A stretch of 64,000 nt of DNA, taken from positions 64,001-128,000 of the forward strand of contig CAVTRY010000013.1 in NCBI GenBank assembly GCA_963737265.1. Direction: 5' to 3'. The stretch comes from an uncultured delta proteobacterium (GTDB lineage Bacteria > Myxococcota_A > Polyangia > Fen-1088). This document shows, piece by piece, positions 37,352 to 49,353 of this stretch. Below the pieces are notes generated by a model, which had not been told where the DNA came from, did no database searches, and was given only the letters and a program-made list of their open reading frames with translations. Each line of letters begins with the position of its first letter. Position 1 is the first letter of the stretch. The position numbers and the translations under genes are program-made.

Positions 37352-38595
37352 GGCTGAAACTGCACGTTCCACGTCGTCCACCGCACGCACGTCGGATTGC
37401 CGGAGGAATCCTTGCTGTAGCAGGTTTGCGTGTCCTGCGAGCAGATCGGTCCTCCCGGCTGGCCATTGGCGTAGAAATCCTGCGTCGGCTTGTCGCGGGC
37501 CTCGACGCGCACCCCGACCGTGTCGCCGGGCCGGACATTGGGGAAGAGATCCGGGCTGACCGTGAAAGTGGCCAGGTCGGCGTTGCTCTGGGGCACCCAT
37601 TGCGTTTGGCCGGATGAGTCTGGCCGGGTTGGATCGAAAAGGGACCAAACGAATTGGAGGCTCGTCGACTGCGAGGGGTAGGGATCGCAATCGTCGGCGA
37701 CATTTTTGACGACAAAGGATCGCTGATCGGTCCGCGCAAGGACGATGGTGGCCGCGCTGATGGCTGGCTCGGTTGCCTGAATGCACGCCGGTTTGTCCAC
37801 GTCGACGTTGACCACGAGGGTGACAGGAGCGCTCATGGTTGTGGTGGCGGCGTCGTTGGTTGTGGTCGTGGTGTCGGTGATCGTCAGGCTCACGGTGTAT
37901 TGGCCAGGAACGCTGGCGACGAAGCACTGGTCGATGTGGGGCACGTCGCCTGCAATGCCCGGGCAATCAGTGAGCTGGAGGGTGCTTCCCGCGGGACCAG
38001 TGCCGCTATACACCATGGTCCAGTTGAACGGCACCTGATCCCCGGGATCGGTCGGATAGGTCGAATTCCTGCCCGACAGGTGGACGGTGCTGCAAAGCGG
38101 ATGCGTCGTCTGCCCCGGCGGCACGACCGACTCATCCGTGATGACGGCGATTGGCCTGGGATTGATGGGCGCAATTCGCTGGCAGGCCTGTCCGGTGGCG
38201 CCATTGTGGTCAGTTGCTAGAACGCACACACAGACGACATTGAGGGTCGATGCCGTAAACTCGTAGGGTACGTCGCTTGCCTGTGATAGCGATCCCTGCG
38301 CGGTCCAGCTCGCGGCGGTGATCGATTGGCAACTCTGGCTTGCGTCGGGTGTGAAGCTGGCCCAGCTCAAGGGAATGGTCGCGGGACTGTCTTTGTCATC
38401 CGAGACCTCGGCGTAGAAATCCACCGGGGTGTTGCGTGTGACCACCCCATTCGCGACTGGCTGCTGTGTCGCGTGGTCCCGCGGAGGCATGATCGTCACC
38501 ACGGGAGCCTTGTTAATAGGGTCCGTGAAAAGCAGGCACCCGGACAATTCGAGCGCCGCGATGAACGTGAACAACGCCTGTTGCAGCCGACCCAC
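37348..38595 (-). CDS. PKD/Ig-like Cys-containing lipoprotein
   Basis: LSGC lipobox, NKAPVV, VLATDHNGA, PGQYTVSLTITD. GTG start at 38595 inferred. Confidence 0.65.
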   Translation of the reverse strand: MGRLQQALFTFIAALELSGCLLFTDPINKAPVVTIMPPRDHATQQPVANGVVTRNTPVDFYAEVSDDKDSPATIPLSWASFTPDASQSCQSITAASWTAQGSLSQASDVPYEFTASTLNVVCVCVLATDHNGATGQACQRIAPINPRPIAVITDESVVPPGQTTHPLCSTVHLSGRNSTYPTDPGDQVPFNWTMVYSGTGPAGSTLQLTDCPGIAGDVPHIDQCFVASVPGQYTVSLTITDTTTTTNDAATTTMSAPVTLVVNVDVDKPACIQATEPAISAATIVLARTDQRSFVVKNVADDCDPYPSQSTSLQFVWSLFDPTRPDSSGQTQWVPQSNADLATFTVSPDLFPNVRPGDTVGVRVEARDKPTQDFYANGQPGGPICSQDTQTCYSKDSSGNPTCVRWTTWNVQFQP

Positions 38596-38658
38596 GGTAG
38601 GGAAGCTAACACAAATGACATGGTACGAAGCACCTCTCGCGCATTCCATCCAAGGCAT

Positions 38659-38675
38659 AGCAAGGCCTGTTCCAG
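38659..38675 (-). promoter_or_regulatory. Putative sigma54 promoter for the lipoprotein pair
   Basis: Minus strand CTGGAACAGGCCTTGCT (GG-N10-GC, TTGCT), ~60 bp upstream of the inferred start. Confidence 0.55.
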
Positions 38676-38784
38676 CGCCTGGATCGAGCAAGTCTGGCAC
38701 CTTGGCCCGCTCGCCGGGCGACCGGAACCCGACAGGAATGTCGCGAGTCTCAGAATTCGCCGATTGCCTGCCCGCGTACGGACT

Positions 38785-40260
38785 TCAGACTCGGCGCCAC
38801 CGCCCCGCCAGCGCCGCCGGTGGTGAGGCGATGCTTTGGAAGCGAGGCACGCGTACCTCGCCGCGGCCTTGCGCGGAGACCAAGGGCATTAGGCCCTGCT
38901 TGACCAGGGCGTCGACCCTGGATTCGGGCAGCCAGGCTTGGGCGCATGGGGTCTGCACCGCCTCGCCATCGCTTTTGGTCACGTGGACGGGCAGATCGTC
39001 GATGGACGAGTCGTCGCCGGGCGCGAAGTCCCACCCGCCCGCGCTGGCGAACGACTGTCCCAGCAATTGCGCGACGGCCGCCGCGGCCGAGCCCCACAGA
39101 TAGCGATTGGCGGCAGGGAGAAGCTCCTGCTCCGTGAAAGCGAAGCTCTCGATGGGATCCGTACCTCTGCCATAGGGAAGACGCAGCAGAATGCCTGGCA
39201 GCGCGACCGCGACGGAGGTTGCGGCGGGCAGCTCACGAAGCCTCGCCCAGGCCTGCTCGGCCTCGGGCGTGGCGAAACCGCCGGACCAGGCCGCCCAGTC
39301 CATGCCTGCCAGCACCGCCGCGTCCACCTGCTGCGCGATGGCGCCCAAGCGGGACAACAGGGCGGCGTCTTCTTGGCCGCGTCGGTAGGCATGGAGGTCA
39401 ACCAACACGGACCAAGGCTCGTCGCCAACGTGGTCGGCGACGATACGGTACAAGGCGGAATCGGCCAGCGTGGGCGAGCCGGCCAGATCCTCGACAATCT
39501 CACCCCGGCTCGCGTCCAGCACGAATAGCTGCAAACTCTCGTCGATATCGAGGGCGCGCACCAGTCTGTCGAGGCTTCGCCAAGTGGCCTCGACCTCCTG
39601 AAAGACCGGATCGTGCAGCACCGCCCGCATCAGGTCGCCCGCCATTCCGTCGACGGCGGTCAGCAGATCCGCCTGCCGTGGGTCGGCCTTGCCCACGACG
39701 TGGGGCGCGACGCTCTCGCGAATCATCGCATCGACAATCGACGCGGGACTCAGCGAAGGGGCCGCCGGTTTCACGACGCTGGCGGGCCGCCCGAGCAGTC
39801 GGCTCAGATCTTCGTCGTTGGCCGCAACCTGGGCGACACTGTCGCTTGCGGTGGGTGCGGCCGGCAATCCTAGCTGCGCCGCCGCCAGCGCGAAGGTCTT
39901 CGGGTCCTGGATCTGCTGGCGCAACTTCCGTACTGGGGCAAAAAGTTCCAGCGTGGCGAACAGATGGTCGGGGTGAAAGTCGTCCAGCTCCTTGATGGCG
40001 ACGGAAAACGAAGGCTGATCCCCCAAGCGAAGCGCGATCTGAGGTCCGATCTTGCCGAACAACGACGGGAAGCTGTCTGTGTCCACCCGCAACGGGCGAA
40101 ATTCGGCCCCGGGCCGGACCTGGCCCCGGCTGCGATGCGCGCCGAAGTCGCCCAGCACCAGCACGCGAAACGGAGCGTCCTCGCTCGGCTCGGGCTCGGG
40201 TCGCTTGGTCTTGCCAAAGGCGAAATTCATCTCGATTCCCGCACGCGATCGGTCGGCCAT
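38785..40260 (-). CDS. T6SS contractile sheath-like protein, TssB-like N-terminus fused to TssC-like domain
   Basis: PFRVLVLGDF and LDDFHPDHL (TssB-like); VLHDPVFQEVEATWRSL, LLRLPYG, YLWG, GLMPL (TssC-like). Confidence 0.8.
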   Translation of the reverse strand: MADRSRAGIEMNFAFGKTKRPEPEPSEDAPFRVLVLGDFGAHRSRGQVRPGAEFRPLRVDTDSFPSLFGKIGPQIALRLGDQPSFSVAIKELDDFHPDHLFATLELFAPVRKLRQQIQDPKTFALAAAQLGLPAAPTASDSVAQVAANDEDLSRLLGRPASVVKPAAPSLSPASIVDAMIRESVAPHVVGKADPRQADLLTAVDGMAGDLMRAVLHDPVFQEVEATWRSLDRLVRALDIDESLQLFVLDASRGEIVEDLAGSPTLADSALYRIVADHVGDEPWSVLVDLHAYRRGQEDAALLSRLGAIAQQVDAAVLAGMDWAAWSGGFATPEAEQAWARLRELPAATSVAVALPGILLRLPYGRGTDPIESFAFTEQELLPAANRYLWGSAAAAVAQLLGQSFASAGGWDFAPGDDSSIDDLPVHVTKSDGEAVQTPCAQAWLPESRVDALVKQGLMPLVSAQGRGEVRVPRFQSIASPPAALAGRWRRV

Positions 40261-40389
40261 GGGCTCCTCCGGCGCCAAGGCTAGCCATTTGGCCGCAAAC
40301 CCTCAAGCTTCACGTCCTGGTCGACGTCGATTTTCGTCGCCAATTGGTCCCTGCTTGCCATGCTTGGCGACGAAAGGGGTCGGATTCGA

Positions 40390-41184
40390 ATGCACATCTA
40401 CTCGTTCCTGCAGGCCGTGCGTGACAAGGGCCCGCTCGTTCACCACATCACCAACTGGGTCACCATCTTCGACTGCGCGCAGGTGGTGAAATCGTTCGGC
40501 GCCTCGCCGGTAATGGCGCATGCGCCCGAAGAGGTCGAGGCCATGACGTCGATCGCGTCGGCGCTGGTGCTGAACATCGGCACGCTGACGACGGATGTGG
40601 TGGACAGCATGAAAATAGCCGCCGCCGCCGCCAACCGAAAAGGGATTCCGATTGTTCTCGATGTGTGCGGCGCTGGGGCGACTCCATTTCGCGACGCCAA
40701 GTGCGCCGAGCTGCTCGACTCGGCGAAGATCGGCATCATCAAGGGCAACAGCTCGGAAATTGCGCGCGTCGCGGGCTTGAAAGTCGCGACCCAAGGTGTC
40801 GACGCGGGTCAGGTCTCGGCCGACCTGCGCGAGGTCGCCAAGTCGCTGTCGGCGCAGCGCGCTTGCACGGTGGTGATCACCGGCGCCGAGGACGTGGTGG
40901 CGAGCGGCGGCAAGTTGTTTCTCATCCGCAATGGACACCCGATGATGGCCAAGCTGGTGGGGACCGGGTGCATGGCGACCTCGGTCATCGGAACCTTTGC
41001 CGGCGCCACCCCCGACCAAGTTCCCGAGGCAACCGTGGCGGGCCTCGCCTGTTATGAAATCGCGGCCGAGCTGGCGGTCAAGAAGGCCGAGGGCCCGGCG
41101 TCGTTCAAGCAACACCTATTCGATTGCATCTATCAGCTGGACGAGAAGCAGATTCGAGCCTTGCAGCAGGTGGTCCTTATCTGA
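40390..41184 (+). CDS. thiM: Hydroxyethylthiazole kinase
   Basis: PLVHHITNWV, GASPVMA, LNIGT, KGNSSEI, VVITG, GTGCM. Confidence 0.95.
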   Translation: MHIYSFLQAVRDKGPLVHHITNWVTIFDCAQVVKSFGASPVMAHAPEEVEAMTSIASALVLNIGTLTTDVVDSMKIAAAAANRKGIPIVLDVCGAGATPFRDAKCAELLDSAKIGIIKGNSSEIARVAGLKVATQGVDAGQVSADLREVAKSLSAQRACTVVITGAEDVVASGGKLFLIRNGHPMMAKLVGTGCMATSVIGTFAGATPDQVPEATVAGLACYEIAAELAVKKAEGPASFKQHLFDCIYQLDEKQIRALQQVVLI

Positions 41185-41625
41185 CGACCAAGCCGATTTT
41201 GTTCGCGCGGGCGTGATCGACGCTCAGGTTGGGCCTGACCAGGAAGGGCCTGTCGAAGCGACGTTCGTAGGCGCCATGTCTTTTCAGCATGTAGTTCCAG
41301 TAGTAATTGACGAGACCAACGGCGCCCAGCAATCGGATGATTGTGCGCCCCTTCTATCCCAAGGTTCTCGGCTCCGCCATGGTGCGAATCAATGCGAACG
41401 AGAAGCTTCCCCGCGCAGACAACTCCCGGCCGGCTTCGACAAAGCGCGCTTGAATCTTGGCGACCCTGTTAGGCGGCAAGAGCCGGATACCTTCCACGCC
41501 ACCCTTACGTAGCGTTCCGAGGTCGACGAACCCCACGCGCTCGCAAAATCGCGCCAGGTAGGTGCCCAATGCCTAGGTGTGAATACCCTCGGGGAAACCC
41601 GACTGGATGACGAAGGCCACGCGTT
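41177..41625 (-). pseudogene. Flavodoxin-like NAD(P)H oxidoreductase 3' remnant with two in-frame TAG stops
   Basis: Manual translation VAFVIQSGFPEGIHT*ALGTYLARF..GTLRKGGVEGI..LG*KGR..NYYWNYMLKRHGAYERRFDRPF. 5' half absent. Confidence 0.65.
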
Positions 41626-42122
41626 TGCCCGCTCCCTATCGCCATTTCAAAAACAGGGAAGCGATCCTGCTCACCTTGATGCTTGAAGGGCACAAGCGGC
41701 TGAGGACCAGTCTGCTCGACGCGCGAGCGCGATGTTCGGGAAAAGCGATCGACAAGCTGCTGGCGCAGGGGCGCGCATATCTGGAATTTGCGCGCAGGAA
41801 CCCAGAGCACCTCACCGTCATGTTCTCGAAGGAAGGGATGGCGGCTGCGATGAATTCGGGGGCGAAGGCGGAATCCCACCAGGACGAATACGATTCCTTC
41901 GGCGTGGTGGAGACCACAGTGGCCGAGTGCCAGGCCGAAGGGTCGATGGATCCCGACGCGGACACGGGTGCGTTGAGCTTGCACGCGTGGGCCGAGGTGC
42001 ACGGCCTGGCGCTGCTGCGCAACGAGGGCTTGATCGCAGGGATGTCCGACGTGCGCGGGGGAAAAGAGTCCAGCACGTTGGACGCAATTTTCGCCATCAT
42101 GCGGGCGCGCTTTCCGGCGTAA
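41626..42122 (+). pseudogene. TetR-family regulator (WHG-type C-terminus) lacking most of its HTH
   Basis: Begins at APYRHFKNREAIL (end of TetR HTH); GRAYLEFARRNPE, AWAEVHGLA. Confidence 0.75.
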
Positions 42123-42196
42123 GGCGCGCTCGTCCGGCTCCCGTTCGATCCATGACGCCGGATCCCTCCGGCCCGACCTCGTGTAGACTGCGCCTG

Positions 42197-43729
42197 ATGA
42201 GCAAGAGCGACGACATCCGTGCGCTTGCGGAAAAGATTCGCAAGGGCGGAGCGCAGAAGTATCACGACAGCAACGCTGCGGCGGGAAAGCTGTTCTGTCG
42301 CGAGCGCATCGCGCGCCTGTGCGACGACGGCGGTAAGGACTTCATCGAAGACGGGCTGTTCGCCAACGCCACGGCCGCCGACCTGTCCGCCGACGGCGTG
42401 GTGACCGGCATCGGCACCCTGGACGGCCGCCCGGTAGCCATCATGGCCAATGACCAGACCGTGAAGGCCGGCTCTTGGGGCGAGCGCACCGTCGAGAAGA
42501 TCCTGCGCATCCAGGAAACCGCCGGACGCCTGCGCATGCCGCTCGTGTACCTGGTGGACTCCGCCGGCGCGCGCATCACCGATCAGCTGGACATGTTCCC
42601 CGGCCGCCGCCACGCCGGTCGCATCTTCCGCAACCAAGTGCGCCTGTCCGGCTCCATTCCGCAGATCTGCCTGCTCTTCGGTCCGTCCGCCGCGGGCGGT
42701 GCCTACATCCCTGCCTTCTGCGACGTCGTGTTCATGGTCGAAGGCAACGCCTCGATGTACCTCGGCTCTCCGCGCATGGCCGAGATGGTGATCGGGGAAA
42801 AGACCACCCTCGACGAGATGGGCGGCGCGCGTATGCACTGCGAGGTCTCGGGTTGCGCCGACCTTCTGGCCAAGGACGAGGCGTCGTGCTTGCAAGCCGC
42901 GCGCGACTACTTCGCGTTCATGCCCCAGCACGCGGACGCGCGCGTGCCCGACATCGCCAGCCAGCAGCCGGCCAGCCGCCAGCGCATCGACGACATCATC
43001 CCCGACAACCAGAATCAGTCGTTCGACATGCTCGCGCTTATCGACACACTGGTCGACGGCGGCAGCTTCTTTGAGCTCAAGAAGCGCTACGCGCGCGAGC
43101 TCGTCACCGGCTTCGCGCGCCTGGGCGGCCGCGCCGTCGGCATCGTGGCCAATCAACCCAAGTGGAAGGGCGGCGTGCTGTTCGTGGATTCCGCCGACAA
43201 GGCCGCGCGCTTTGTGTGGCTGTGCGACGCCTTCGACATCCCCTTGCTGTTCCTGGCCGATGTGCCCGGCTTCATGATCGGCAGCGCCGTCGAGCGCGCC
43301 GGCATCATCCGCCACGGCGCCAAGATGGTGTCGGCCATCGCTGACGCCGTCGTGCCCAAGATCAGCGTGATTCTGCGCAAGGCCTACGGCGCCGGTCTCT
43401 ACGCCATGTGTGGACCGGCCTTCGACGCCGACGCGACCTTGGCCCTGCCCCAGGCCAGCATCGCCGTCATGGGCGCCGAAGCCGCGGTCAACGCCGTCTA
43501 CGCCAACAAGATCGCCGCCAAGCCCGAAGCCGAGCGCGCGGCCTACGTCGAAGAACTACGCCGTGCCTACCGCGAGGACGTCGACATCGTCAAGCTCGCC
43601 TCCGATCTGCACATCGACGCCCTGGTGTCGGGCGACGACCTACGCGCCAACCTGATTCGCCGCTTCGCCACCATGACGGCGAAGATCGATCACGGGTATC
43701 CGCGTCGGCGACCGGTGTTGCCGGTGTAA
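42197..43729 (+). CDS. Acyl-CoA carboxylase carboxyltransferase subunit (MccB/LiuB-like)
   Basis: GKLFCRERI, DGVVTG, VDSAGARI, SAAGGAY, GIVANQP, DVPGFMIG, RKAYGAG. Confidence 0.93.
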   Translation: MSKSDDIRALAEKIRKGGAQKYHDSNAAAGKLFCRERIARLCDDGGKDFIEDGLFANATAADLSADGVVTGIGTLDGRPVAIMANDQTVKAGSWGERTVEKILRIQETAGRLRMPLVYLVDSAGARITDQLDMFPGRRHAGRIFRNQVRLSGSIPQICLLFGPSAAGGAYIPAFCDVVFMVEGNASMYLGSPRMAEMVIGEKTTLDEMGGARMHCEVSGCADLLAKDEASCLQAARDYFAFMPQHADARVPDIASQQPASRQRIDDIIPDNQNQSFDMLALIDTLVDGGSFFELKKRYARELVTGFARLGGRAVGIVANQPKWKGGVLFVDSADKAARFVWLCDAFDIPLLFLADVPGFMIGSAVERAGIIRHGAKMVSAIADAVVPKISVILRKAYGAGLYAMCGPAFDADATLALPQASIAVMGAEAAVNAVYANKIAAKPEAERAAYVEELRRAYREDVDIVKLASDLHIDALVSGDDLRANLIRRFATMTAKIDHGYPRRRPVLPV

Positions 43730-43735
43730 ACCAGG

Positions 43736-44185
43736 CTACAGTGCCGGCTTGAATCTGGCGCCGAGCCAGTAGATGGCTTCGTCCAAATCCTCGGTCACCC
43801 GCGTGGGCAGGCCGCGGTTGATGAGCGAAGGCTCGAGGAATTTCTCGGGCAGGATGTCCTGTGCGCGCGTGACCAAAGCGAGCTTGTCGATGACGCCGAC
43901 GAAACTCGTCGTCGCCATCTTAGCCAGGCCGTGCATGTCGGAGATGGTGAGCGCGACGGAGCCCTGGCGGAGGTCGACGAGGACCTTCCTCATGGGCAGG
44001 TGCCGGGTGACTTCGTCGCGCACGCGCTCGAACACATTCACCACCGAGTCGCCCGTGACCGGACCCGCGATACGAACCTCCAGGTAAGGAAACGGCGCCT
44101 CGACCAGATGGGAGGACACTGCGGACATCGGTTGTCGTTTGCGCGGGCGTTTGCGCGCGGAGGTCGGTGGGTTCTTTTTCTTCAT
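43736..44185 (-). CDS. Hypothetical protein (SpoIIAA/STAS-like alpha/beta)
   Basis: Coupled to the aroC stop (ATGA); [26 protein letters not shown] pattern. Confidence 0.55.
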   Translation of the reverse strand: MKKKNPPTSARKRPRKRQPMSAVSSHLVEAPFPYLEVRIAGPVTGDSVVNVFERVRDEVTRHLPMRKVLVDLRQGSVALTISDMHGLAKMATTSFVGVIDKLALVTRAQDILPEKFLEPSLINRGLPTRVTEDLDEAIYWLGARFKPAL

Positions 44186-45276
44186 CGCGCTGGCGGGTGG
44201 CCGCACTGGCCGCGTTGGCGAAGCAGGTGGTCGGCGAGGACGAGCGCGATCATGGCCTCGACCATGGGGACCGCGCGCGGCAGGACGCAGGGATCGTGAC
44301 GGCCACGCGCCTGCAGGGTCGTGCTCTTGCCGTCGATGTCGACGGTTTCTTGCGGCATCAGGATGGTGGCGGTGGGTTTGAAGGCGGCGCGCACGACGAT
44401 GTCCTCGCCATTGGAAATGCCGCCCTGGATGCCGCCCGATCGGTTGGTGCGGGTGTGAATCGCGCCGTTCGCGGCGTAGAAGGCGTCGTTGTGCTGCGAG
44501 CCGCGCAGGCGCGCGCCGGCGAAGCCGCTGCCGCTCTCGAAGCCCTTGCAGGCGGGCAAGGACAGCAGGGCCTTGCCCAGATCCGCTTCCAGGCGATCGA
44601 AGACTGGCTCGCCCAGGCCAGCGGGCACCTTGCGCGCCACGGCTTCGACGACGCCGCCCACCGAGTCGCCCGCCTTTCGGGTCGCGTCGATGAGGTCGAT
44701 CATGGCGGTCGCGAGGTTGGCGTCGGGGCAGCGCACGATGGTGGCCTCGACCTGGTCGCGGGTCACGCTGGCCGGGTCGACCTGGGCTTCGAGAGAGGAA
44801 ACCTGTTTGACGTAGGCGACGATCTCGATGCCCGCCGCCTCGGCCAGCAACTTGCGTGCGATGGCGCCGGCCGCGACCCGTCCGATGGTCTCGCGCGCAC
44901 TGGCCCGTCCGCCGCCCGCCACGGCGCGGATGCCGAACTTCGCCTGGTAGGTGTAGTCGGCGTGCGAGGGCCGATATTTCGTGCGCATCTCCTCGTAGTC
45001 GTTGCCGCGCGCATCCTTGTTGCGCACCAGGAGAGCGATGGGCGTGCCGAGGGTGAGGCCGTCTTGAATGCCGGAAAGGATCTCGACTTGGTCGGATTCG
45101 TCGCGATGGCTGGTGATGCGGCTTTGGCCGGGTCGGCGCCGATCGAGCTCGGCCTGGATTTCGTCGCGGCTGATGGCCAAGCGCGGGGGACAACCGTCGA
45201 CCACGACGCCCACGCCGGGGCCGTGCGATTCGCCCCAGGTTGCGATGCGGAACAGTTCGCCAAAGGTGCTTGCCAC
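44182..45276 (-). CDS. aroC: Chorismate synthase
   Basis: [52 protein letters not shown]. Confidence 0.97.
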   Translation of the reverse strand: MASTFGELFRIATWGESHGPGVGVVVDGCPPRLAISRDEIQAELDRRRPGQSRITSHRDESDQVEILSGIQDGLTLGTPIALLVRNKDARGNDYEEMRTKYRPSHADYTYQAKFGIRAVAGGGRASARETIGRVAAGAIARKLLAEAAGIEIVAYVKQVSSLEAQVDPASVTRDQVEATIVRCPDANLATAMIDLIDATRKAGDSVGGVVEAVARKVPAGLGEPVFDRLEADLGKALLSLPACKGFESGSGFAGARLRGSQHNDAFYAANGAIHTRTNRSGGIQGGISNGEDIVVRAAFKPTATILMPQETVDIDGKSTTLQARGRHDPCVLPRAVPMVEAMIALVLADHLLRQRGQCGHPPAR

Positions 45277-45385
45277 GATTGAGTTACAAGGTACCACAGG
45301 CGTCAATGAATCGCCTCGCCGGCCAAACGCCGATTTTTGGCGGTTTTTTGTGGAATCCGCGCGGGTTTTTCTTCAACGTACGCGC

Positions 45386-47308
<1,923 letters not shown>

Positions 47309-47416
47309 CCGCGAGCTATTGCGAAGGCGCGCCGGCCGGTGGGGCCTGGCAAGCCCGGTCCGGGGAAAAAGTACGGTCGGGGTGCAAGCTGTTGATCGTG
47401 TATGTCTTTGCGCCGC

Positions 47417-49117
47417 CTACGTTTGGGCTGTCGGCCGAAGCTGGGTCGCTGTCGTCCACGCCGCCGAAAGAAGGATCACGGCAGCGCAAGCGATGACGTT
47501 GTACCAAAGGAAGCTGACGCTCGTGCGCAGGAAGATGGCAAGGACGACGGCCTCCGAAAGGATGGCTGCCACGAACACCGCGGTTCCCCGCACCCGGCGC
47601 AGGAAAAACGCCACCAGAAAAATTCCCAGTACGGTGCCGTAGAAGAGCGAGCCGAGGATGTTCACGGCCTGGATCAGGTTATCGAGCAGCGAGGCGAAGG
47701 TGGCGAAGGATACGGCCAGCACCCCCCAGACGGCGGTGAAGACCTTCGCGGCGCGGACGTAGTGGGCGTCGGGCGCATCCTTGCGCAAGCTACGCTTGTA
47801 AATGTCGACCACGGTGGTCGATGCGAGCGCGGTCAGCTCGCCGGCCACGGCCGACATAGCGGCGCAGAAGATGACCGCCAGCAGCAGCCCCACCACTCCG
47901 CGCGGTAGGTTGCGCATCACGAAGGACAAGAATACGTAGTCGGCATCCTTGGTCTTGGCGCCGGGCAGCGCGCGGGCGATGACTTGCTTGGCTGTCCGGC
48001 GAATGTCGGCCGAAGTAGCCTCGGCCGCTCGCACGTTCTGTTCGGCGCTGGCGATGGCGGCACTGTCATGCTGGTCGAGGGCTTGGTCGAGGCGCCAGAT
48101 TTCGGCGCGTTTGTGCTCGAAAGCGGCAACGTGGGCCTGTTCGAGCACGTGCAGCTGGCCAGCACTCGGCGTGTTGTGCGCGCGCGAAAGCTCGGACTGG
48201 TTGAAGAAGACCGGCGGCGGATTGAATTGATAGAACATGAAGACCATCACGCCCACAAACAGAATGAGGAACTGCATCGGAATCTTGAGCAGACCGTTGA
48301 ACAGCAACCCGAGGCGACTGGCCGTGATCGAGCGGGCGGCGAGGTAGCGCTGGACCTGGGACTGGTCGGTGCCGAAATAGGCCATAGCCAGGAAGAATCC
48401 GCCGAGCAAGCCAGACCACAAGGTGTAGCGCGCGCTGGGATTGACGGAGAAATCCACCAAGCTCATCTTTCCCAGCGTCCCTGCAATGTGGACGACGTTG
48501 CGAAACGAAATGTCGGGCGGCAAACGCATGACGATGACCACGAATGCGACCACCATCCCGCCCAGCATCACGACCATCTGGTGTTTTTGCGTCTGACTGA
48601 CGGCGCGCGTGCCGCCCGCCACGGTGTACAGAATGACCACCCCGCCCATGGCAAGGCAGGTCAGGTTCAGCGACCAGCCCAGCACCGACGACAGAATAAT
48701 GGCCGGTGCATAGATCGTAATACCCGCGGAAAGACCGCGCTGGAGCAAGAACAGCAACGCCGTCAATTGGCGTGTTTTCAAGTCGAAGCGGCCTTCGAGA
48801 AATTCGTAGGCGGTGTAGACGCGCAACTGGAAATAGCGAGGCACGAATAGAATCGACAGCGCTACCATGGCGAGCGGCAGGCCGAAGTAAATCTGAATGA
48901 AGCGCATCCCGTCGTCGTAGGCCTGGCCGGGCGTGGACAGAAAGGTGACCGCACTGGCCTGGGTGGCCATGACCGACAAGCCGATGGTGTGCCACTTGTC
49001 CTGGTAGCCGCCGCGCAAGTACCCGGCCATGTCCTGCCGGCCGCGTGTTTTCCACAGGCCGTAGCCGACGATAGCGCCGAGCGTCACGAACAGAACCAGC
49101 CAGTCGAGCACGCTCAT
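47417..49117 (-). CDS. Sodium:solute symporter (SSS family)
   Basis: SVMATQASAVTF, TAYEFLEGRF, YTVAGG, YFGTDQSQVQRYL, GLLLAVIFCAAMS. Confidence 0.93.
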   Translation of the reverse strand: MSVLDWLVLFVTLGAIVGYGLWKTRGRQDMAGYLRGGYQDKWHTIGLSVMATQASAVTFLSTPGQAYDDGMRFIQIYFGLPLAMVALSILFVPRYFQLRVYTAYEFLEGRFDLKTRQLTALLFLLQRGLSAGITIYAPAIILSSVLGWSLNLTCLAMGGVVILYTVAGGTRAVSQTQKHQMVVMLGGMVVAFVVIVMRLPPDISFRNVVHIAGTLGKMSLVDFSVNPSARYTLWSGLLGGFFLAMAYFGTDQSQVQRYLAARSITASRLGLLFNGLLKIPMQFLILFVGVMVFMFYQFNPPPVFFNQSELSRAHNTPSAGQLHVLEQAHVAAFEHKRAEIWRLDQALDQHDSAAIASAEQNVRAAEATSADIRRTAKQVIARALPGAKTKDADYVFLSFVMRNLPRGVVGLLLAVIFCAAMSAVAGELTALASTTVVDIYKRSLRKDAPDAHYVRAAKVFTAVWGVLAVSFATFASLLDNLIQAVNILGSLFYGTVLGIFLVAFFLRRVRGTAVFVAAILSEAVVLAIFLRTSVSFLWYNVIACAAVILLSAAWTTATQLRPTAQT

Positions 49118-49251
49118 CGGGAAATCAACGTAACAGCTGTGAAGACGGCGATTTCTGCCGCCAGCGCGGCGACGACGACAATGTAGAGGATCCTCCAACT
49201 CCAGAACGGCGCTGTCGCGTGCAGCTCGCGCCGCTCGGGTTCATCGGGCAT
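49114..49251 (-). CDS. 45-aa single-TM protein coupled to the SSS gene
   Basis: Manual translation MPDEPERRELHATAPFWSWRILYIVVVAALAAEIAVFTAVTLISR*; TGA overlaps the SSS ATG (ATGA). Confidence 0.75.
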   Translation of the reverse strand: MPDEPERRELHATAPFWSWRILYIVVVAALAAEIAVFTAVTLISR

Positions 49252-49353
49252 GAATTCCCATTCTACCGGCGACGAAATCGGCGATGTCTGGAGATGAGAC
49301 GCGAGACATGCGAGAAGTTGAGCACACGGGAGTCGTCCGGTCGAGAGGGGCCG

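Noticed and set aside
41354-41576. In-frame TAG (and TAA at 55717) as stop-codon recoding
   Set aside because: TAG and TAA terminate many intact genes in this window, and the affected frames are also truncated. Pseudogenes are the simpler reading.
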